Positions 17,917 through 27,552 of a stretch of DNA of 64,000 nt are shown piece by piece. Under the pieces are notes generated by a model. It had not been told where the DNA came from. It made no database searches and saw nothing but the letters and a program-made list of their open reading frames with translations. The position numbers and the translations under genes are program-made. The stretch lies in the IMG/VR virus record IMGVR_UViG_3300042868_009074, positions 1 to 64,000 of that record. The stretch is one strand, 5' to 3'. The first letter of the stretch is position 1. Every line of letters begins with the position of its first letter.

Positions 17917-19572
17917 ATGTCTAACGATACTAAGGAAATAAAAACCATCACTTTAGATGATTTAAATTACTTTTGGATGCCTAACGGTGCTCCATGCTTT
18001 ATCGCCAATAACTATGATGTTGTTGATGATTACTGCGATACTGTTGAAAGTTTTGGCTTTCAAATTTATTATATCATAACCGATAAAGAAACAAGTAAAA
18101 CTGTTCAAGTCAAAAACGACAAAGGAGTTATGATTCCAACTGAAGTATATGATTATACTCCAGCTGTATTTAAAGTTGTTAATAACTTTACAGGTCGTGC
18201 CGTCATGGAATCCAAAGAACCTTTCGGTACTTCATTCTGCCCAGTAAAAGAAGTAGCAGAGTATACTATGCCTTCAATTCCTCGGATTATTATCGATAAA
18301 CTTGATGAGTTCTTTAGATTAGTTCATGCTCAGCATGGCACTGAGTCTATTGTTATCTTGACTTATGATACCACTAAAGAAGGTTCTGAAGGTTGGGGCG
18401 TCTTAGTCCCCGAGCAAGAGAACAACTCTGTTCACTGCAAGTATGACAATGATTCTATTGCTGCTATTAAACCAGATCATGTCATGATTGTTGGCTCTGT
18501 CCACAGTCATCCTGAGATGTCGGCATATGCTTCTGGTACAGACCATGAAGACCAAGCTGACTTTGATGGCATCCATATTACTTATGGCTGGCAAAAATCA
18601 GTTAATGCTGGAGCTACCCAGTATCACTTGGAGCTTCAGATTGGTGGTTCTAACTATGTACTCAAACCTGAAGATGTATTTGAATACAACCCTCCTCCCA
18701 CTAAGGACCCTGACCCAGAGGTTCTAGAGTGGAGCTCTAAAGTAAAAAAAGTATCCCCCCCGCTTATGGGGGTTTCGGGTACTCAGGTGGCGCATACACC
18801 AAGCCAGTCGTACCAGGCAAGTTGGGCTCTTCAAGCGACCAACTCTCGACCTATTCAAGCTGGTATGGATACGATTAGTTCTTTCGATAGAACTAAATTC
18901 ATATCTGACCTAGGTACAGTTGAAGCAGATGCTGTAGTTGCTATAGAAATAGATGATTCAACTAATCCAGATCGCAACTGCTTGATCTGTTATTTTCCTC
19001 TAACTTTAGCTGATCTCAACACTGGCTTCTGCATGACTTGTGATACTCCTATAATCACTCCAGAAATGGGTCATAGAGATATTCTAGCATTCCTAGACTA
19101 TTACTGTGACCAACGTGCTTTGGATCCTACAGTTCCTTATTATGTTTACTGCATGGATGAAAATAATAATTCAAATAACTTTTTGATTAATATTAAATCT
19201 GCTGGTCAAATTTCTAATCTAGAAGATCCTGAAGTAGAATTATATTCTGGTGCTGACTTTCTAGAGTATACAGTTTGCTGCAGTACGCCATTAACTATGG
19301 TGGAACTGTGCAAGTGCACTGTTACTGTCTTAGAGGAACACGTTGCTGACTTTGACAAAGCACACAAGGAAGTAGACATCTATGATTCTACTGACGACTG
19401 CTTGTCATGTGATAGTTATTATCAAACTTCATGTCCTCAATTTAAAAATGCTTTAGTTAATTATGTAACTTATAATTCTATTGTAAATGTTCAAATAAAA
19501 AAATGCGACAACTATGTCTATTATAAAGACTTAACTGCCGTCAATAATTTCGAAAGTACTTATTATGACTGA
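17917..19572 (+). CDS. JAB/MPN+ metallo-isopeptidase with C-terminal Cys-rich domain (possible -1 frameshift isoform ending at 18878)
   Basis: HGTES (Glu) and GSVHSHPEMSAYASGTD JAMM motif; CLIC, CMTC, CLSC in the C-terminal part. Confidence 0.85.
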   Translation: MSNDTKEIKTITLDDLNYFWMPNGAPCFIANNYDVVDDYCDTVESFGFQIYYIITDKETSKTVQVKNDKGVMIPTEVYDYTPAVFKVVNNFTGRAVMESKEPFGTSFCPVKEVAEYTMPSIPRIIIDKLDEFFRLVHAQHGTESIVILTYDTTKEGSEGWGVLVPEQENNSVHCKYDNDSIAAIKPDHVMIVGSVHSHPEMSAYASGTDHEDQADFDGIHITYGWQKSVNAGATQYHLELQIGGSNYVLKPEDVFEYNPPPTKDPDPEVLEWSSKVKKVSPPLMGVSGTQVAHTPSQSYQASWALQATNSRPIQAGMDTISSFDRTKFISDLGTVEADAVVAIEIDDSTNPDRNCLICYFPLTLADLNTGFCMTCDTPIITPEMGHRDILAFLDYYCDQRALDPTVPYYVYCMDENNNSNNFLINIKSAGQISNLEDPEVELYSGADFLEYTVCCSTPLTMVELCKCTVTVLEEHVADFDKAHKEVDIYDSTDDCLSCDSYYQTSCPQFKNALVNYVTYNSIVNVQIKKCDNYVYYKDLTAVNNFESTYYD

Positions 19573-20320
19573 TCAAAAACGTTTTGTTCTTGTTGGAGCT
19601 GGTGGCATTGGCACTTGGCTTGCAGCTGGACTTGCTCGCATGTTAGAGTTTAAATATCCTGGCTCTGCTCTTATTATCGTCGATGGTGATACATATGAAG
19701 AACGGAACAAAGAGCGTCAATCATTTTCTCAGATGGGAAACAAAGCAGTTGCTACTGCCCATGACTTGACCCAACAGTTTCCTAACACTATGTTTATCCC
19801 AGTCCCTAAATGGGTTGTTGACGACAACTTTGGTGGAGTCACAGATGATCAAGATTCTCCTAAAATTAAAGCTTCTGCTTTGATTACCGAAAACGATGTA
19901 GTCTTTGCTGTTGTTGACAACTTTGCTGCTCGTAAGATTATCTTTGATGCTGCTCAAAACTTAGACAACGTTGACATCTTTACTGGTGGCAACGATGACG
20001 CTTTATTTGGTAGTGTTTATCATTACCAACGCCGTGATGGTCACGATGTAACTGACCATCCAGTGCATACTCATTCTGAATATGAAAATCCTCCAGACAA
20101 AAATCCTGGTGAATTATCATGTCAAGATCGTGCCAAAATCGAAGGTGGTACTCAGCTATTGGCTACCAATATGGCTGTAGCTGCCTTCCTTCTTGGTCGC
20201 GTACAAAAGACAATTGTGTCTAATCAAAATCCCGACGAAGCAGAAATTTATTTTGACCTTGGTATCGGCAAGTCCGAACCATATGATCGTCGACCAACCC
20301 TACAACCTGTAGTACAATAA
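19565..20320 (+). CDS. ThiF/E1-like ubiquitin-like protein activating enzyme
   Basis: GAGGIG, VDGDTYEERNKERQ, DNFAAR, candidate catalytic Cys in LSCQD. Confidence 0.9.
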   Translation: MTDQKRFVLVGAGGIGTWLAAGLARMLEFKYPGSALIIVDGDTYEERNKERQSFSQMGNKAVATAHDLTQQFPNTMFIPVPKWVVDDNFGGVTDDQDSPKIKASALITENDVVFAVVDNFAARKIIFDAAQNLDNVDIFTGGNDDALFGSVYHYQRRDGHDVTDHPVHTHSEYENPPDKNPGELSCQDRAKIEGGTQLLATNMAVAAFLLGRVQKTIVSNQNPDEAEIYFDLGIGKSEPYDRRPTLQPVVQ

Positions 20321-20334
20321 AGGAGATAACAGTT

Positions 20335-20592
20335 ATGACTGCTATGAATAATACCGGAGGAGCAGCACAGTCTGCTTCTGGCCAAATGGCAAATGTCCGT
20401 TTTGGCGTTTACACTCAACCAGCACCAGTTGCTGGAAAGACTGTTCGCGAAGTTCGCGAGCAGTTCTCAAAGCTTTGGGGAATACCTTCTGATGCAGTAG
20501 CATACAAGGGTAAAGACAAGCTCGATGAGGATACTGTTATCGGTGCATCTGATAACGTAGAGTTCCACCGCCGTGCTGGCGAAAAGGGTTAA
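20335..20592 (+). CDS. Ubiquitin-like (beta-grasp) protein ending in Gly
   Basis: VRFG...VAGKTVREVR..F...WGIP...LDEDTVIG.SDNVEF.RRAGEKG; SD AAGGAG; directly after E1. Confidence 0.78.
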   Translation: MTAMNNTGGAAQSASGQMANVRFGVYTQPAPVAGKTVREVREQFSKLWGIPSDAVAYKGKDKLDEDTVIGASDNVEFHRRAGEKG

Positions 20593-20614
20593 TTTAACTC
20601 TTCCCTAAATCTGA

Positions 20615-20662
20615 GGGAGAGTATGCTTAACTTACTTTGAGTGTACTCTCCCACTTTTTTTC
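20615..20662 (+). terminator. Intrinsic terminator after the Ubl gene
   Basis: 15-bp stem GGGAGAGTATGCTTA/TGAGTGTACTCTCCC followed by a T run. Confidence 0.8.
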
Positions 20663-20695
20663 AAAGCCACCAGTTACTAATCAAGGTTTATATTA

Positions 20696-22312
20696 ATGCT
20701 TTTTTCTCAAATAAAATTAGGTCATCCAACTTTATGGATTAAATCTATAGATTCTTTTAAGACTATAGAATCTATTGTAAATTATCCATCTAGAATTTAT
20801 TTTACATTAGATCCAGTTAAAGGTTTTTGTGAATATAAAAACCAAACTTGGAAACCAGTATTGGTAGACATGCCAAACCCAGATGATCCTGGTACAACTA
20901 TTAAAAAAACTACTTTTGATTTTGTAGTTGCAAACGAATTCCTTTCTACTTACCTAGAAGATAAGCCAAAGACATTTATATTTAACATCTTTGCTCAAGC
21001 TCAAGAGTTTGTAGGAAGTTATGCTGGCTTATTTAACCACGCTATGATGCAGTATCGTGATGCCTTTTGGACTAATGATTTATCTGAAATGCCTCTTCAG
21101 TATATTGTTACATCCCCATTTGATTGCCCTGAAGAATTTGCACACTTGTTTAAATTCGTAGAAATGGGCTATCCTTCTTCTGAAGAACTAACATCAGTTC
21201 TTTCTCATATCTCTACCTCTTCTGACGGTCAGTTAGTTAAGCCAGAGACAGTAAAAGATATTGTCAATGCCGGACTTGGTTTATCTGAGTCTGAGTTTAT
21301 CAACTTATCTTTACAATCTGTTTTAGAATGTGGCGAAGTATCTTCTGAATATATTTATTCTCAGAAGATGAGCGACATGAAGAAGAACGGCATACTTGAA
21401 ATCATCAAGCCTAAAGTTCACTTTCAAAATATTGGTGGCCTTGATGCCATTAAAGATTTGATTATACGTAATGCTAATCTATGGCATAACCCAGAACAAG
21501 CTGCTAAGTTTGGTATTTCTCCAATCCGTCGCATGCTTATGGTTGGGGTTCCAGGTACTGGCAAGTCAGCTATCTGTGAAGCTACTGCTAATGCCCTGGG
21601 TTTGGACCTAGCTCGTACTGGCATTAGCCAGGTAATGAACTCTTACATTGGTCAATCAGAGCAGAATATGCGTACTGTATTTAAACAAATCAATGCAATG
21701 GCTCCACTTTGTGTTTGGATCGATGAGTTTGGTCGAGATCTATCCGGTGGCTCCAGCTCGTCTCATGTAGATGGTGGCACTACAGACCGTGTCCACGGAG
21801 AGTTCCTTACAGGCCTTCAGGAGCTTCCTGACAACGTATTCTTGATGTGTGCAGCTAATCAGCTAGAACACCTTAAACCAGAGATGCTTCGTGCAGATCG
21901 TTTCGATAAGATTATGTTTGTAGGCTTGCCTTCATTTAGTGAGCGTTCTGATATTATTAAAATATATCTTTCCGACATTGACACAGATCATGTGTATAAT
22001 TATGATGCGATTTCTCATGCTACTCAGTATTTTACTGGTGCTGAGATCAAGTCTCTTATTAAGGAAGTTAAATTTTACGTTAGTTCTTCAGAACTTCGTG
22101 CAATCAATACCAATGATGTAGTTTCTTATGCTCCTAAAATGAGAAACATTCTTTGGAATAAAAGTCGTCCAATGATTCAAGACCTCTACAAAACAGCTAT
22201 AGATCAATGGGATTGGGCATCGACGGATCAGTTCGAAGATGCTAAACTTATAATGAACCCCAATCGTTCTACAGCACCTGTTTCAGCCCCTAAAATACCA
22301 GTATTTAAATAG
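20696..22312 (+). CDS. AAA+ ATPase (Ycf46/SpoVK/CDC48-like)
   Basis: GVPGTGKS Walker A, VWIDE Walker B, AAN...PEMLRADRFD second region of homology. Confidence 0.92.
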   Translation: MLFSQIKLGHPTLWIKSIDSFKTIESIVNYPSRIYFTLDPVKGFCEYKNQTWKPVLVDMPNPDDPGTTIKKTTFDFVVANEFLSTYLEDKPKTFIFNIFAQAQEFVGSYAGLFNHAMMQYRDAFWTNDLSEMPLQYIVTSPFDCPEEFAHLFKFVEMGYPSSEELTSVLSHISTSSDGQLVKPETVKDIVNAGLGLSESEFINLSLQSVLECGEVSSEYIYSQKMSDMKKNGILEIIKPKVHFQNIGGLDAIKDLIIRNANLWHNPEQAAKFGISPIRRMLMVGVPGTGKSAICEATANALGLDLARTGISQVMNSYIGQSEQNMRTVFKQINAMAPLCVWIDEFGRDLSGGSSSSHVDGGTTDRVHGEFLTGLQELPDNVFLMCAANQLEHLKPEMLRADRFDKIMFVGLPSFSERSDIIKIYLSDIDTDHVYNYDAISHATQYFTGAEIKSLIKEVKFYVSSSELRAINTNDVVSYAPKMRNILWNKSRPMIQDLYKTAIDQWDWASTDQFEDAKLIMNPNRSTAPVSAPKIPVFK

Positions 22313-22324
22313 ATAGGATAAATA

Positions 22325-22966
22325 ATGTCAGATGAAGTAATGAATTCCGTACAGGAATTCTTAACACAATTAGATGATGATTCAAATTCACCAGAGCAAG
22401 TATTCTCTAGTGACAACAAAGATTATGAAAATGATCTTTACAAGAAATGGTTTCGCTCTAAGAGCCAGAGTGGATTTTTATCCATTCGTCCTTGGTTCAC
22501 CGGAATGAAATTTAAAATTGATATTGGCAAAACTTCTCCAGATGGAAAGTTGATTAGCCATACTCATCTTTATGTAGACGCTGTAGACTTTGCGGCTTAC
22601 CTTCGTGCTATTGTACAGGGCAACGCTGCTTCTATATTCCCAGCAAATGATCGCATGGGGATTCCATCTCCAGAAGGTTTTGCTTCCTATGGTGGATCTA
22701 AGGTAGAAGGTAAAGCTATCTCTCGCATCTTTAAGGCCCACCACTGGACTAATGGTGACACAGTAGACCCTAACGCTTTCGTCTGGAAGTCTGGTCATTT
22801 TGCAGCAAGAGTCTCTGACACTGGTGCATTTATACCTGATATGAAGTCTCCTTTATCTGTCGACTCCATTAAAGTTACTCGTCAAGATATCTGTTCTATA
22901 TCTTATATTTTAGATTTAGCTCTTAATTCTTATGTAGCTAACAATCAGAGCTGGTACGAGGTTTAA
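22325..22966 (+). CDS. Hypothetical protein
   Basis: 213-aa ORF. Confidence 0.8.
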   Translation: MSDEVMNSVQEFLTQLDDDSNSPEQVFSSDNKDYENDLYKKWFRSKSQSGFLSIRPWFTGMKFKIDIGKTSPDGKLISHTHLYVDAVDFAAYLRAIVQGNAASIFPANDRMGIPSPEGFASYGGSKVEGKAISRIFKAHHWTNGDTVDPNAFVWKSGHFAARVSDTGAFIPDMKSPLSVDSIKVTRQDICSISYILDLALNSYVANNQSWYEV

Positions 22967-22967
22967 T

Positions 22968-23345
22968 ATGACTGAAGAAAATACTACATCTGTTTTTACA
23001 GTTGATCAATTGAAGGAATACGTAGAATCTTTATTCGTTAACTTTTCTCAAATGATTGATGAGAAGTTTGACGAAATAGATAAAAAAGTAGAAGCTTTTG
23101 AAAAGCAAATAGCAACTCTGGTTATTGGCTTTGGTGAACAAGCTGTCTTTCTTGAGGCTTTGCTAGCCCAACTATCTTTTGCTACTGAAGATGAACAAAA
23201 AGCTTTTCAAACTAACGTTGGAGAAGCTAGAAAACAAATGCTGAAAGTGATGAAAGATGGATCTGAAAACCTCGTGGCCGGTGAGAATGAAAGACTTGCC
23301 TCAGCCATTAATGACGTGGTTAATTCAAAGTCAGCTGAGCTCTGA
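22968..23345 (+). CDS. Hypothetical coiled-coil protein
   Basis: 125-aa helical ORF. Confidence 0.75.
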   Translation: MTEENTTSVFTVDQLKEYVESLFVNFSQMIDEKFDEIDKKVEAFEKQIATLVIGFGEQAVFLEALLAQLSFATEDEQKAFQTNVGEARKQMLKVMKDGSENLVAGENERLASAINDVVNSKSAEL

Positions 23346-23544
23346 AAATAACGGACACTGCGTACTATTCGTAGATCCTCATTCAATTGATTTAATTAAA
23401 GATATATCTAACCTATCTCAGGTATATCCTTTAGTTAAGTCTATGTACCCAGATATGACATCTTTGCATGTCGTATCATTTCCTATAAAGCAATTTATAG
23501 AGAACAAAACTTTATCCTTCCACTCAGTAAAGGCTGTATTATGA
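23257..23544 (+). CDS. Hypothetical protein (start uncertain)
   Basis: Fills gap between flanking genes. Confidence 0.45.
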   Translation: MDLKTSWPVRMKDLPQPLMTWLIQSQLSSENNGHCVLFVDPHSIDLIKDISNLSQVYPLVKSMYPDMTSLHVVSFPIKQFIENKTLSFHSVKAVL

Positions 23545-24188
23545 TAATTTCTTCTATTGATACTCTTGATCAATTAAATGCAATTTCTTATTCTCAATTT
23601 TTAGAATCTGATCTTATTACTTTTAATTTAATTTCTGCTTATGTTATTAATAATAATTTGTATTCAAATTTGCGGGCCGCCCTACAAATAGAATCTTATT
23701 CAGATTATTCCCTTAGATTAATCGACGATAATCCAGAGAGTACTTACTCTGCTGAAACTCTTGCTACATTTGAGACTTATGCTCCATTAGCTGATGGAGT
23801 TAATTATTACTTCTATCCTTATTCTATTAAAGAATTTACTTCTCAATTCTTTTCTGGGCTTGTTCCCACACTTGCCGAGTCAATTATTTCCTTAATGAAA
23901 TCAACTGGTAGAATCACTCAAATTGGTGGAGGATCAGGTAAGGCTATTATTATAAAGACCCAGTTAATGACTGACGTTCATTTTCAGTCCATTCCTAAGA
24001 CAGTTTCTCCTCAAGAATCTATTCTTGGCATAACTGATGCTCTTTCTTCTTTGACTTCTTACGTTAAAAACAATGAATATCTTTATGACGTTATCGCTCA
24101 AAAAGATCAATTGATAATTGCCCTTCGCGAAGAAGTAAATCAACTTAATAATAAAGTTGTGTCCGTTTATCAAACTACTTGGAGGTAG
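23541..24188 (+). CDS. Hypothetical protein with C-terminal coiled coil
   Basis: 215-aa ORF, ATGA-coupled. Confidence 0.75.
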   Translation: MIISSIDTLDQLNAISYSQFLESDLITFNLISAYVINNNLYSNLRAALQIESYSDYSLRLIDDNPESTYSAETLATFETYAPLADGVNYYFYPYSIKEFTSQFFSGLVPTLAESIISLMKSTGRITQIGGGSGKAIIIKTQLMTDVHFQSIPKTVSPQESILGITDALSSLTSYVKNNEYLYDVIAQKDQLIIALREEVNQLNNKVVSVYQTTWR

Positions 24189-24191
24189 ATC

Positions 24192-24974
24192 ATGCAATTT
24201 GTAGTAGACCCCAATATGGAGATGACTCCTTCTAATATCTATCAAATGCTTTACAGTTATCGGGATACTCTGTTCTATGCTGCTCTTGATTCTGAGCATC
24301 GTCAAGTTGTAGATGTTGCCATTCAGGTTACTGAAAAAGGTCATCACCCAAAAGACGCTCTATTCCATAAAGCCTATAAGACTTTGTGTAAAATTTTTAA
24401 TGTAGATTTTGGCCCACAATCTTTTGCTCAAGTTTTCTTAACTCCTTCATCTGAAGTTTTAAATTCTGGTCCACAAAAAAAGCCACTTAAAAACTACATT
24501 GCCTGCACTAGTTACAGTTGTGGTTCCAACTTGTCTAACGACTACGAATACGCTAATGCTGTTGAGTTTGCTTCTTGTTCTAATTCATCTGTTCCTGGGA
24601 TGTATTGCATTGCAGCCACCTGCCAAACACAGTGTCCTGTTTATCAGGCAGACCAATCTCTATATGCTTCTTACCAGTTCTCCCACGATGATATCAACTA
24701 TGATTATACCGTCCATACTTACAGGCACATCTATGGAGATATACACTATCAGATTTTTGATCAAGATAATAATTTGATTAATGAATTAAAATTTGATTCA
24801 TTAACTCATTTGTCTATAGACCCCAATGAACTTTCTAATGAACTTAAGTCAATAGTCAAAGAAGTTCATCATAATATTTTTTATTCTGAATCTTTTCCTT
24901 TATCAGAACTACAATCTGAACAAGAAATTTCTCAAGATAATAAGAAATCATATTTAGCTACACTAATTTCCTAG
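24192..24974 (+). CDS. Hypothetical protein with Cys cluster
   Basis: CTSYSC...CSNSSVPGMYCIAATCQTQC. Confidence 0.75.
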   Translation: MQFVVDPNMEMTPSNIYQMLYSYRDTLFYAALDSEHRQVVDVAIQVTEKGHHPKDALFHKAYKTLCKIFNVDFGPQSFAQVFLTPSSEVLNSGPQKKPLKNYIACTSYSCGSNLSNDYEYANAVEFASCSNSSVPGMYCIAATCQTQCPVYQADQSLYASYQFSHDDINYDYTVHTYRHIYGDIHYQIFDQDNNLINELKFDSLTHLSIDPNELSNELKSIVKEVHHNIFYSESFPLSELQSEQEISQDNKKSYLATLIS

Positions 24975-24981
24975 GAATAAA

Positions 24982-26337
24982 ATGTCACATAACTATTCTG
25001 TTTTAGATGAACTTTTCGTCAAAAATTTACAATTCAACATAGACCTTCAACCTTTAATTAGTAGCAACAGTAAAATGGACACTGTCCCCCCTGCTTTGGC
25101 TTCTTTGATTCTCTCTAAATCAATTGAGCAATCTTGGGCTCCTAGTAATTACTACAACTCTAATATTGTAGCTAACGAATTGCAAACTGTTTTTCCTTTT
25201 CTTTCTGAAATAACTTATAACGTTAGTCTTACTTCTCATTACTTAGATGATCTTAAGAGCAAGAATTCTATAAAGTATGACAAATCATTCTTTAACACTT
25301 TTGCTCCTATAGCTGTTAGGTATACTAATGGCAGCAATATGTGGTTGATTGAGCGTCCTCCTTTTCAAGCCAATATTACCTACAGGGCTGCTGGTTCTAA
25401 CAGAATAGGCAAAGAAGTTTCCTATTCTATCTGGATGCCGTGGACTGTTATGTTTTTAGATGTTCGTCCAGAGCAGTCTTTCTATGATGCCTACTTGTAT
25501 TTTAATGATGGTCCTATTAGTTCTTTAGACGATGTTGCAGTTCCTTGTTTCTTTCCAAATATGTATGGCGACGGCAGGATGTGTTTAAATCAATCTGGTG
25601 TTATGTTGCAACAGCATCTGTCTCAAACTAATTCCTTCGATATCGCTACTATATATAATTTTCTTATTAATGATTACATGTCTGGTGGATGGAACTTAGA
25701 TTTAGGTATTCAGAATTTTGATAGAATTAGAAATCTTACTCAATTAACTAAGCAGTCTTATAGTCAAATAGTTCATGGTATTCCTAATGACAAAAACTAC
25801 CCCTCTTCTGTTTCTCCTAAAACTGGAAGAATTATACTTAAAAAGTATGTAAGTAATTTCTTAAATTATTTTTCTTTGTCTCCTATGAATTTAGTTTTAG
25901 ATCTCGTAACTTCCGTTAAACAACAAAAAGTACGTGACTTTAAAACTTATGCTCAATTAATTGAATCTCATGAAGATACCGCTTCTCCTGTTAATTCTCT
26001 TCTTTCTAGCTATAACACTGGTTCTCCGAGCATACTTCAGTCTTACAGGCTTCTTGTTTCTCCCAAGTTCTGCACTAGAGAAGTACTACATGATGATCCT
26101 CTTACCGATTATGCCAAGGTAGCTAAATCTATTATAGCTGTATTGGATGATCACCTTAAAGATAGTCTTCAAGATATTCTTACAACTACAGATCAATATA
26201 AGGTTATACAATCTTTTCAGACTGAGAATCCAATTCTATACATTGAAAATGAAGATACTGTGTTTATAGTAGATGAGAACTCTTCTGAGGAATTTTTCAA
26301 GCAGCTTATTGGCATTAAAGAAACGGCATCGTTATGA
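24982..26337 (+). CDS. Prokaryotic E2-like protein (paralog 2)
   Basis: IERPP...YSIWMPWTVMF...LYFNDGPISSLDD...FFPNMYGDGRMCL. Confidence 0.6.
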   Translation: MSHNYSVLDELFVKNLQFNIDLQPLISSNSKMDTVPPALASLILSKSIEQSWAPSNYYNSNIVANELQTVFPFLSEITYNVSLTSHYLDDLKSKNSIKYDKSFFNTFAPIAVRYTNGSNMWLIERPPFQANITYRAAGSNRIGKEVSYSIWMPWTVMFLDVRPEQSFYDAYLYFNDGPISSLDDVAVPCFFPNMYGDGRMCLNQSGVMLQQHLSQTNSFDIATIYNFLINDYMSGGWNLDLGIQNFDRIRNLTQLTKQSYSQIVHGIPNDKNYPSSVSPKTGRIILKKYVSNFLNYFSLSPMNLVLDLVTSVKQQKVRDFKTYAQLIESHEDTASPVNSLLSSYNTGSPSILQSYRLLVSPKFCTREVLHDDPLTDYAKVAKSIIAVLDDHLKDSLQDILTTTDQYKVIQSFQTENPILYIENEDTVFIVDENSSEEFFKQLIGIKETASL

Positions 26338-27500
26338 TTCAAGCTTCACTATTATCTACTAAGTCTCGCCAGTATTGGAATGACAATAGCACTTTAAAGA
26401 ACCTTAGTGCTAACAACGAGTATTCCGATCCTTCCGACACTAATAACCCTAAGGCAGCACTTTCTTTTGTTAATAGCTTAAATGATAAGAACGTAGATTC
26501 TGGCTTACTTCCTCCCGGGGTAAGGGTTTTTCTTCCTGGTTTCGTGATTTTTGAGCGTCCTCCTTCTATGCAGATGGTTCAGTACATTGATGCTAATGTT
26601 GACTCCATAAGAGAATACGAGGACAGCGGTTCTTTCTATGAAGATGGTGATTCTGAATCTGGCGAGTATCACGAAGAATTGAATTCTTATTCACTTCGTA
26701 TACCCGTTCCTTGGCAGTTATACATGGCCACATACAGCACCAATCCTGCTTCTATGTATAGAGTTACCAGTATTCGTATGTATTTTATGAATACACCTTT
26801 AAATCATCCCGACGTTGAATTGTATGCTCCATATGTAAATAATTTCTTTACAGACGGATCCTTATGTACTCCTATGTTTGATACTATAGATGAGATAGAC
26901 AGATATCCTCAAAATCTTGCTGGAGTTATTGCTTCTGCTTATGATTGGATCTGGAACACTGGCTTCAATGCTGATCTCAAGGAATGCATAGACATTAATT
27001 TTAATCATAATATTGCTCGTAAGAATCCTGTCATTAAGGACTTTCTTACTAAGTATGGAATACGTGAATATAAACCAGAACTTAGCAGATACGCTGCTTT
27101 TTATGATTATATGTCTCAACTTTCTGTCACTGATATAATAAATTTAGAGTGGGCTAGTCCTTCATACGGTCATCATTTTGATATGGATAAAGAGTTTCTG
27201 TTTTTAAATGATGAGGCTTTATTGGCGGAATTTCATGATTCCGAGTATTATAATCCTGATTCCGATGATGAGTACTATGATTTTAAACGCTTTCTTCCTG
27301 ATGTTAGTCAGATTAGCAAAACATACTCTAACATAATAGACTCTATGTTCTTTTCTAGAAGGACTAGAAGTATGGTTCGTGGGATTTATTCTGACTTAAC
27401 TGCTAAAAACAATATAGTCCTCAGCAGTCCTTCTTATTTTTGTCAGTCTTTGGCAAATCATATTCAATCTAATCCTTCTATTCTAGTTGATTCACTCTAG
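26334..27500 (+). CDS. Prokaryotic E2-like protein (paralog 3)
   Basis: FERPP...RIPVPWQLY...MYFMNTPLNHPDVELYAPYVNNFFTDGSLC. Confidence 0.6.
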   Translation: MIQASLLSTKSRQYWNDNSTLKNLSANNEYSDPSDTNNPKAALSFVNSLNDKNVDSGLLPPGVRVFLPGFVIFERPPSMQMVQYIDANVDSIREYEDSGSFYEDGDSESGEYHEELNSYSLRIPVPWQLYMATYSTNPASMYRVTSIRMYFMNTPLNHPDVELYAPYVNNFFTDGSLCTPMFDTIDEIDRYPQNLAGVIASAYDWIWNTGFNADLKECIDINFNHNIARKNPVIKDFLTKYGIREYKPELSRYAAFYDYMSQLSVTDIINLEWASPSYGHHFDMDKEFLFLNDEALLAEFHDSEYYNPDSDDEYYDFKRFLPDVSQISKTYSNIIDSMFFSRRTRSMVRGIYSDLTAKNNIVLSSPSYFCQSLANHIQSNPSILVDSL

Positions 27501-27552
27501 TTTATATGATATTATATACCTATATATAAACTTTAAAGGTATTATTAAAACC

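Noticed and set aside
19565-20592. ThiF/ThiS thiamine or molybdopterin sulfur-relay operon
   Set aside because: No ThiG, MoaE, rhodanese or cysteine desulfurase nearby; E2-like, JAB and AAA neighbours fit conjugation better.
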